DNA of 64,000 nucleotides from Elsinoe ampelina. Lineage: Eukaryota. Positions 13,756-22,257 of the stretch are shown here, piece after piece (within the stretch, counting starts at the first letter, position 1; each line of letters starts with the position of its first letter). The notes below the pieces were generated by a model. It ran no database searches and was not told where the DNA came from. It saw nothing but the letters and a program-made list of their open reading frames with translations. A program made the position numbers and the translations under genes. Location: contig ML992528.1 of assembly GCA_010093995.1 (NCBI GenBank), positions 1 to 64,000 on the forward strand. Reading direction: 5' to 3'.

Positions 13756-15314
13756 TCAGATGTCATGGAAGAACGGATCCTGTACAATCTCCGCCGCCGT
13801 CGCCCTCTCACTGGGTTCGTACCGCAACAGTGATCTCAAAATACGCTTCAAGTCATCCAGTCCGCCAGATCCAAGATCTTGTGGGCTATCGCGGTGATAA
13901 TAACAGGCATCGACCCACTCATCAAGAGTGTAAGTCTTGCCCCAGCCATCTTCAATTTATTGATCAGCCAGAATCAATCCGTGAGCCCAGGAATCTTACC
14001 TGCAATGTCTTCCGCTGTCAAATGCAATTCGCCGACTGGAGGAAGCTTCCTGTGAAGCTCGTCCCATCGTTTCGGCAGAGGACCGAGCTTCTCGATCATC
14101 TCCTTGACAAGTTCTTCCCGGCGTGTGGTGATGCCATCGAAAGGGTGCTGGCCCAAGAATAGCTCGAAGATCTGGACCTGTCAGCTGGAAGCTCACTGAT
14201 GACATCAGGGTACTCACTAGACAACCAAGATGCCATCGATCGACTCGATGGTCGATGCGGTCTCCTAGTGCAGCTTCAGGCGGGAGCAGACATGTAGCGG
14301 TGGAGAGTGTCTCAGGCGGCGAGTTGTGGAAGAAGGCGTTGCCAAAGTCAATCAATTTGACGTCAGGGAGGTCGTCGAGGTCCGGCCGAGTGTCTGCTAA
14401 GGGCCATATGAGGTGTTTTGGGACACCGGGCTCATGGCTACCGGGGACTGTACGTGCCACCTGCCACAATTCGGGTATACCTACATATTCCATGAGATCC
14501 GCTTCATCCATGTCCGTCAGCGATGCGTCGATGAAGGCTACGTTTGTCCAATTCAGATCTAGCTTGTTAGTCTAGTAGTTGCAGCTGTCATACCATTCCT
14601 TCATACCTCCGTGAGCGATGCCGCTGCGATGTAGATAGTCTAACCCCTCGGCGGCCTGATGGGCTACACGTTTGGCGATCGCTGAAGGCAGTCTTCCTGC
14701 TTTACAAAGGTCTTCCGCAGTGATTGCAACACTGTCACCCATCACGCCAGCGACAATGCACTGATGCACTCCGTTCGGTCCCTCCAATCTGAAGTCATCG
14801 ACAAGCCCACGTAATCGCTGCCTATCTGGACGTCCATCTCGAAGTCGCTTAAGTTGTCTCATAACCTCCAACTCCCGAGGCAAGCCTTGCGACGACTGCG
14901 CAGTATTGATCTTCAGCGCGACATTTTGATGTCGTCTGTGTAATGTGGTCAGGGGTGGATGCAGAAAAGCAGGAAGAGAACTCACAGGTTGTCTCTTGCT
15001 AGCCAAACTGTAGCAAAGCCCCCATAGCCAAGCTTGTGTAGGATTCTGTATTGTCCTTCTTTGAGGAGGTCTCCAATGTGTATCGGGTGAAATCCTCCCC
15101 GGCAGTACATCTCCAAAGGTTCCGCGGTGTCCAGCCCTGATCGATACATGTCCCGTCGGCTTCGAGCTACTTTGTGAACATCCAAGATCGTAAGCCGGTG
15201 CATCTTTCGATGGCATCTGGAGGTATCTGTAGGAGCGACTCTGGATCGTTCGCGTCTACACCATCTGAGCAACGAGGTCAGACGTTGGTGAGCATTGAAA
15301 CCTCTGGCGTGCAT
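13756..15314 (-). CDS. SRPK-like (CMGC-related) Ser/Thr protein kinase, apparently intact
   Basis: Five exons reconstruct YCRGGFHPIHIGD..KLGYGGFATVWLARD, VALKI, GPNGVHQC, HGDLNWTN, KLIDFG, PPE, DRWHLGCL and LLRYEPSERATAAEIVQDPFF. The start codon is uncertain. Confidence 0.8.
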
Positions 15315-15807
15315 AGCTCGCAAAGCATACTCGACCGCGGTATGTTGCCTGTACAGCCCTCACTGACAGCGTCAGCCAATCAGACGTCATCGATTTTGTC
15401 TATGGCTCTTGTGTGACCTATCACACTTGTGCCTTTCTAGTTCTAAAAGATGTTGTAAGCGCTCGGAAGGTAGAAAGACCAAGATTGCTGTCGAGGCGCA
15501 GCTGGCGGAGAAGCCACGCCACCACGCCGCACCGCGCGATTGAGTGGTCGAGATAGTTCCCTTTCCAGAGGTCGGAACGTCACTTCATCATTTCGAGATG
15601 GCTGGATGAGAAGTCTTGCACGACGGCGGCGCTCATCAGCGATACGCCCATGCTAGACACTGACGATACTGCGCCTAGCAGGGAGTGGCCTGAGGCGTGT
15701 CGCAGTGACATGCGGCACGGTCGTTGTCATGACATATAGAAGGACCAGAGAGGACATGGTAGATCATGGCGATTACAACATATAACAATTCTCTACTTTC
15801 TCCCACC

Positions 15808-16243
15808 ATGACTATCGCTAGAGCCGCTATCATAGATGCTGCGACAGGCGGCGGGAACACACTAAAAAGGAAGAAAGCCATAGATGCAATCGTACGAATC
15901 ACGCAAGCAGCCGGCTTTCAGGATTACACCTCGGCCATCATCAAGTAGGCTTGTTGTTGCTGCTAGCATGATCCGTGTTGAAGTTGTCAGGAACTACCGC
16001 CATACTGCCACATCAGACCAGCGGCCTCATGCCACCATCTGGCTCAAGAACCCTCAAATGGAGAGAATGGGTACACACCACCCTCTTCATATCTATCTAG
16101 ACCGGAACGACGGATATGAGGCGCACCGTCTGTTCCTCGAAAAGAAGGACGAGAATCCTAGACGAGGAAAGAAGAAGGACAAGGGCAAGGGCAAGGGTAA
16201 AAGGAGAGAAGACAAGGGAGGGTTTCGATGCATTCTCATGTAA
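15808..16243 (+). CDS. Small hypothetical protein (~129 aa) with polybasic tail and C-terminal CaaX box (CILM)
   Basis: ATG in CACCATG context at 15808 (alternative 15766). A 46-nt GT-AG intron at 15945-15990 joins two ORF-track frames. The protein ends RRGKKKDKGKGKGKRREDKGGFRCILM. A TATA-like CATATAGA lies at ~15733. Confidence 0.7.
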
Positions 16244-16477
16244 TGGCGTGCTTGTACAAGACACACATCATGCCAGAGAAGCGCCTTATGAGTGTTTCAT
16301 GCCAGCTGAGCGTTCTGGAGGGAAATGGCCAAAGCAGAGGATGGCAATGAGTTCATACCCTGCACCCATACCATACTTCCAGGTCATGCGGTCTGGGTCG
16401 CTGTGGTACTCGATCCCCACATGTGTCTTTGTTCAAGCTGAGATCAGGCGTCCTTGAAGTGGCGGATTCGTGCAGAA

Positions 16478-17608
16478 TCAGAGGACCCCGTTATGCCTCG
16501 CCGCAAAGAAGTGCCTGCCAGCAATGTCTGACGCCATGGGTCGAATGACCGGATCGTAGGTCATGAGCTGGGATAAGATCTCCCCTACTTCACTCAACTC
16601 TCAATCGTCGAGGACCGTACGGTGTCTCGTGGTGGAAGAATGCTGCCCCAAAGTCGATGTATTTTACCTGGACCTGATCCGCTTCTGTCCAATCTTCATC
16701 AAATGCAGCTTCGAGTTTAGCCAGTGGCCAGACGACGTATCGTGGTAGACCTTCGAGCGTAAGACCGGAGTCTTCATCTTCAAGGTATACTTCGAGCTTT
16801 TCTGGTAGTTCGACCCTGCGCCAGAGCTCGGGTAAAGTCATGTTGTCAATGCCGGGGGCCGTGAAGCACATGTTGCTGGTATGAATATCTTCCAACATCA
16901 GTATCGTACTCGGAAGATGACGTCCAGTTGCTCACCGCCGTGCGCAATCGATATGGCATGCAGTCGGGCGAGACCCTCTGCAGCTTGTCTGCAGATGGCT
17001 TTCGACACCTCCTTCGAGAACATGCGAGCTTCTAGCTTGTAGCGAGCTTTGCACACTTCGCTTCCCATGACCTCCAATACCAGACATGGATGTTTACCAT
17101 TTGGTCCGTGATGGTCAAAGAAGTCGTAGAGCTGCCTCACATATGGCTGCAAAGTCGTAGCTTGCCCGGAGCTCTGAACAGCGTCAAGGGCTCTCTTCTC
17201 CAGGAGTGCCTTCTCATACACTCTGGATTGCACGACCTTCAATGTCACGTTCCGAGCAAGACTACCACATTAGCCAGGGGTTGCGATGCACGATTCCTGG
17301 ATCATAACTTACTGTCTATCCCTAGCCAGCCATACAGTCGACCAAGCGCTCCATCCTAGTTTATGTAGCACGTGGTAACGTCCTGCTTTGAACTCATCGC
17401 CTATGTGGACCGGATGGTAGCCGCCAGGGTGATACTCTTCGAGTTCCTCTGAAGATTCCATCTCTCCATCTGCGACAAATTTGAGATATCGCTTGTCCGA
17501 AATGTCGCGAAAGTCAGAATATAAAGGATTCTCAAATATAGTCGTTGGAAAGCCCGAAGACCAACGGAGCTGCAGTGAAGGACGTCGAATCTGCTTCAGG
17601 GACAACAT
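16478..17608 (-). pseudogene. Second SRPK-like kinase paralogue with an internal C-lobe deletion and frameshift
   Basis: Has YHPGGYHPVHIGD, KLGWSAWSTVWLARD, TLKVV, HGDIHTSN and YIDFG, then stops ~19 codons after DFG. The terminal EILSQLMTYDPVIRPMASDIAGRHFF follows immediately in another frame. Subdomains VIII-X are absent. Confidence 0.7.
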
Positions 17609-18119
17609 GTCTGTCGGCGACCAATCTCTTCAGCAGCCAGAGAACTCGTCTCTGCCGGAAGAGGAACTTACAGGAGCCGACTGGGGATACGTGATGATAT
17701 CTTACCTTCAAAAAACCTTGCTTATTAGACTTCGATTCGTCCAACTGTGCCGCATTGCAAAGAGCCTGCATGTCCACACCTGTCACCGAGGTTGAGCAAA
17801 GCTATGAGTCACCCATCCAGGATTCATCTTATGGCCCGACAGGATCGTATTGATGATGCTCTCTCGTTGATGTTTGACGTGCAAAGCGTGAATTGGACCT
17901 GAAAGCAGATCAACAGAGTGCGGAGTTGTCACAAAATTACTGTAGATGGGAATTTGAGCTTGTTGAAATTTTCCTATTTGGGACGTCGAGCCCCCACGAC
18001 ACGCTACGTATTCGGGGCCAACACCGAGACCCTGAAAACGCGAACCTCGCCCTTCCCCTTGAGGACCGCTACCATATCAGACTCCATGTCGTAGTCTTGC
18101 AGTCCGCCCCACCTCTCCC

Positions 18120-19385
18120 CTACGCCTTTCCTTCCTCCCTCATCCTCCCTAATTTCCCCACCACCCTCTCCCTCCCCCACCCATCCACCAGTGCCCTCCT
18201 TAGCAACCCCTGCTCACTCTCCGGCGCCATGCCCCCATGCGCAGGCGGCCTGCGATCCAGGTTCGTCGGAAACGGATACCCCTCCGCCACAGCCTGCACA
18301 AACGCTTCAACCTCCTGACTCATCCCCTCGGCATCAAACTTCTCCTTGAGTCCGTCCCACGTCTTCTCCACCAGTGGCAAAGTATCGATGCTCTCCATCG
18401 GCTTTCCGAAGGCGCTGCTCACTTGCACCAGATTGGCGGAACGATCGAATTCTGCCGTTTTGTTCTCACCCGCAGCGTGATAGAGAGCGGGGTTGAAGAA
18501 CAGCCCGTAGCCTTTCTGCAGGGGGAGAGCGATGTGGTGCTCTAGGAAGAATGACTGGAAGTCTGCGTCGCGGTAGGACATGAAGCCTGACTCGAGGCGT
18601 TGGCTGAAGGGTAGGAGACGAGTGGGGCCGCTGAGCAAGGGCATGTCGGTGTGGGCGATGGCGCCTTGTAGCGTGAGGAGTTGGGAGGCGGTGTGCATCG
18701 CTCGAGGCCACCGGGAGACTTGCTCGGCGGTCTGGAAGCCAAGGTGGTAATCGCGGTGGCAGGTCTGGGCGGTGCCGCCGGGGTGGACGATGTTGAGCTG
18801 GGTGGTGATCCGGTACGCTGGGCCAAGGTAGGCTTCGCAGATGAGTGCGAGGAAGGGGTTGGAGTAGTAGGGGATGAAGGTCGAAGGGGAGGTGAGGCAG
18901 TGTTTGGAGAAGGAGTTCCAGATGCGGGAATTGGTGTTGTTGGCAAAGAAGTGGTCGCCTTTGGAGGTAGTGCGTTCAGAGTCGATGACGTTGGAAAACG
19001 TAGCATTGGTCTCGTCGAGCAGGTCGTGATTGGTATACATGATTTTAAGGACAAGAACGCCAGGCCCATGAAGAAGCATATTGTAGAGTTCCGTCATAAG
19101 AGCCTCTCGTCGTGATGAATCCACTATATTGAGCTTCGAGCAGTCGTACATCGGGACATTCTTCACCACTGATGCTGCTAGTGGGCAATCCGTTGTAGTC
19201 AGAGTTCGTGAAGCGATTGCCTTCAATTCGTTCGGCCTCCGTTTCTGTGACAGGTCGAACAATCGGGTCGTGGATGGCGAAGGGACTGGTCCTGAGCCAT
19301 GATCCTGTCCAAGAAACAACATGATGATCCCTGCTCCAATGCTCGCGGCTACTACTAAGTCTGTAGCACCGATGTGCGGAGCCAT
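18120..19385 (-). CDS. Phytanoyl-CoA dioxygenase (PhyH) family Fe(II)/2-oxoglutarate dioxygenase
   Basis: Uninterrupted 421-aa ORF with HRDYHLGF (HxD), GPTRLLPFSQ, LFFNPALYHAAGEN (distal His) and AEGYPFPTNLD. Confidence 0.85.
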   Translation of the reverse strand: MAPHIGATDLVVAASIGAGIIMLFLGQDHGSGPVPSPSTTRLFDLSQKRRPNELKAIASRTLTTTDCPLAASVVKNVPMYDCSKLNIVDSSRREALMTELYNMLLHGPGVLVLKIMYTNHDLLDETNATFSNVIDSERTTSKGDHFFANNTNSRIWNSFSKHCLTSPSTFIPYYSNPFLALICEAYLGPAYRITTQLNIVHPGGTAQTCHRDYHLGFQTAEQVSRWPRAMHTASQLLTLQGAIAHTDMPLLSGPTRLLPFSQRLESGFMSYRDADFQSFFLEHHIALPLQKGYGLFFNPALYHAAGENKTAEFDRSANLVQVSSAFGKPMESIDTLPLVEKTWDGLKEKFDAEGMSQEVEAFVQAVAEGYPFPTNLDRRPPAHGGMAPESEQGLLRRALVDGWGRERVVGKLGRMREEGKA

Positions 19386-19737
19386 TTCTTTATAGTTACC
19401 TGCTTCTGCAGAAGGCAGGACCTTGAATGTCTTGCGGAGACTAGACAGATGGGGATCAGATCGATTTGGGCCACAGTCAAAGCCGACAATATGGATGTAG
19501 GGCGGGGCATAATTCCATGAGGAGCATCATTGTGGACGGCTCACTTGTTATTGACGTCGGGATCGGGTCGATTGCCTCTTTAGTGTCGGGTCGGCGTCTA
19601 AGGGGCGGAACCCCTCCCAAGCAGAACAGAGCCAACCCGGAGTGAACATGACGATGCCACTTTTCAGGCAGCGAACATCAACCATTGATGGAGATCCGGT
19701 CGGCAAAAGCGTAGGCCCAGGGTCGAGTATCCCAGCC

Positions 19738-19742
19738 AAAAA
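19738..19742 (-). terminator. Pol III-type oligo(T) terminator downstream of the split tRNA-Leu
   Basis: TTTTT on the minus strand, 12 nt after the discriminator A at 19755. Confidence 0.6.
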
Positions 19743-19754
19743 TTAAGTCGACAT

Positions 19755-20032
19755 TGACAAGGAGGGGCTGCAATGAATAAGAAGAAACCCATCAAAGCAT
19801 CTAGAAGTGCTCACATTCGAACCCTAGTTCGAAATTAGAACCTGTCACGGGGTTTTATGGGACGGTGTTTGATCATACCCTGCGGGCAACGCCCATGAGA
19901 AGCAGCTCATAACGAGCACCTGATAGTGGTCTATCAAGAAGCAAATGCTTGAGTCACACGCCATAACCTGAAGGGTTAGCGCGGTGTTGGCAATTGCGGG
20001 GTTTAATAGGCATACCACTCGGCCACCTTGCC
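19755..20032 (-). tRNA. tRNA-Leu(CAA) split into 5 exons by three GT-AG introns and one canonical tRNA intron
   Basis: Exons 20032-20016, 19967-19948, 19901-19879, 19823-19815 and 19767-19755 join to GGCAAGGTGGCCGAGTGGTTATGGCGTGTGACTCAAGTTCTCATGGGCGTTGCCCGCAGGGGTTCGAATCCCCTCCTTGTCA (82 nt). It folds with acceptor GGCAAGG/CCTTGTC plus A73, D stem GCCG/TGGC, anticodon CAA (19951-19949), variable arm GGGC/GCCC and T arm AGGGG-TTCGAAT-CCCCT. Confidence 0.88.
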
Positions 20033-20080
20033 GCGTAAATCGAGCTCGAAATGAGCACGAATTCCAAAATTGGGTGGGGT

Positions 20081-20098
20081 AGGAAATATATATTTCCT
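20081..20098. promoter_or_regulatory. Palindromic TATA element upstream of the split tRNA
   Basis: Perfect 18-bp palindrome AGGAAATATATATTTCCT. The TATATA core at 20087-20092 lies 55-60 nt upstream of the mature tRNA 5' end. Confidence 0.5.
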
Positions 20099-20672
20099 TC
20101 CAAAATAAAGCAAATGGGGCGAGCAATTAGAACGCCACTCGCATAGCGGATGAAGCAACTAACGATGTTGTCGAGTCCGCGAGAACGGATTGGATCCGAA
20201 TAGCGAAAGAATAATGAAGAAGCAATCACTCATGAGGATGATGCAAGGCTCATAGTGTTCACTCAGGATCGATTGTGGCAAAGCGAACAAACATACTCAT
20301 GTGTCTCACAGCGTGCTTTTCGTGGTCTCGGGCATGATATTACGATCCTAGGCGGAAGAGGAATCTTGGACATGCCGACGGTCGGAGTGGTTCTCTTTTT
20401 GCCAGTAGTGATCTGTCGAGATGTTAGGCTAGTGTAGATGGCGGCTGCTAGGAAGCCTTGATAGGCACGTCGACAACGACATTAAGATGGGCCTCAATAG
20501 CTAGGTTGCAAAATGCTACGAAACGATACCTAGCATAAGAAGTTTGTCGTTCTGGCATCACTTGTGTTGAAGCAAAAGAAATCTTGATATCGGATCTAAC
20601 AGGTAGCATAGTTGCAACGGGCTGCTTCCATCATTCCTGACGATAAGTTTCTGACAACCCGATACTTGACCA

Positions 20673-22075
20673 ATGCTCTCCTTTCCCGAACGTAATGACC
20701 TTCAATTATCAGACATCATCTTCTCTGCCGCTAGCCAGCAAATCTCCCGTTTCGAGCGCGAGGCTACCAGGTCTCGACTCTCAACAAGAAGCCGATTACA
20801 CTCTATAGCTCACGACGCAGAGTTTGTCCAGCAAGTCGCAGAACTTTTCTCCCTGCCATTGATAGCAAACGAAAGATGTGGCAGCTGGTATGTTGCACCT
20901 CCCGCTAAGAAGGGCAGCGTATACTTCAAGTCTACAGATGGTCATGCTGGCCAGTGGTCGCTAAGTCTGCGAAGACTCAATCTCAACTTGTTGGAGCTGA
21001 TTGCTCTTCAACGAGGGTATGTTCACATGTTGGATTCGTTTAGATCAACGCTGATCACAACAGATGCATAATCGTTGACTCTACTCGACGTGGCAAAAGC
21101 ATGCCAGATGCTCTATCAAAGACGGTACCTATCTGGATTGCTGTCTGGAATCGCCTTCTATTCCCTGCCAACCAAGAAGCTTGCACCTTGCGAACACCAT
21201 CAGACGTTGTCGGCGCATCCGAGCATTCTCAGATCGAGCAGCGACTGGACAAGCTTGTCGACGATCTGAAGTCGTTAGATCTGGACCTGGAAGCAATACG
21301 GAAGTCCTTGCAGAAGCCGCTGCGGCCGACATGGGTCACCCAGTCCTCAGGAGTGTCGGGGATGGATCTTGACGAAAGCTTCTACCATGTCATCCTATGC
21401 ACAGCATCAGGCCGAGACGCAGGTCAGGACGTCTCCGGCTTCAACTACGTCCAAGGCGCTGCAGACGACGCAGAAGCATGGGCACTCGGTCTAACGCCGC
21501 AGCTATTCTGGGAGCACAAAGACACACTGCTCGAATCGTCCGAGGATGACTTGCCAGCATTGATCACATCTCTCGTATCAGAGGAGGACAACAATGAGTC
21601 TACAGAGGCCCCCATCCTGATCAAGCCCACCCAACTCCTCATCGGCACCACCGCCTCCACCATCCCACAGGACTGCACCCTCATCATCACTTGCTCACCC
21701 ACCCCACCCACCTCCCCTACACCCTCTTCCCCCACGAAAACCCTCCACCTCCCCCTCCCCCCGGGCAAACTCGGCTCCCGCGCCCTCCGGCACCTCCTCC
21801 CCCAACTCCCCCTCTTCCTCAACCCCCACCTCTCCCCCACCGCCAAAACCCTCATCACCTGCCCTTCAGGGAAAGACCACAGCATCGGCGTCGCGCTGTG
21901 CGTCCTCTGCCTCTTCGCCACGACAGACGGGACACTACACAAAGACACGGATAACGCCTCACATATGAACAAAGACTTTATAAAGAGGAGGCTGAGTTGG
22001 ATCATGGCTTCTATTCCCTCTGCGAACCCTTCGAGGGCGACGTTGCAGAGCGTGAATGCTTATCTACTTGGGTAG
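20673..22075 (+). CDS. RIT1: Initiator tRNA A64 2'-O-ribosylphosphate transferase
   Basis: Motifs ANERCGSWY, YFKSTDGH.GQW.LSLRRLN, DSTRRGKSMPDALSKTVPIW, YVQGAADD.EAW, KLGSRALR and NPSRATLQSVN. One intron at ~21018-21064. Confidence 0.93.
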
Positions 22076-22257
22076 GCTAGGGCCCCGACGATGGGGGAAA
22101 GGGGGAAAGGCTATCCTTGCGTGGAGATAGCGATGGAAGATCTTGCCCCGAGGTCGTGGGGGAAATGGGGTGGTACACGAAAGTAAAGCTGGGCCAGAAT
22201 GTGGGTTGGCGGAAACGGTGCGGGTAACGAAAGGTGGTGGTACATGTGCCTGCCTCC

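Noticed and set aside
19902..19947. Central tRNA insert as a fourth spliceosomal intron
   Set aside because: It has no GT...AG ends, sits exactly one base 3' of the anticodon, and can pair with the anticodon loop, as a standard TSEN-type intron does.
19845..20229. Minus-strand ORFs of 93 and 91 aa over the tRNA locus, as an mRNA explanation for the GT-AG introns
   Set aside because: Neither has an ATG start or protein motifs. Splicing yields an exact tRNA cloverleaf, not a recognisable reading frame.
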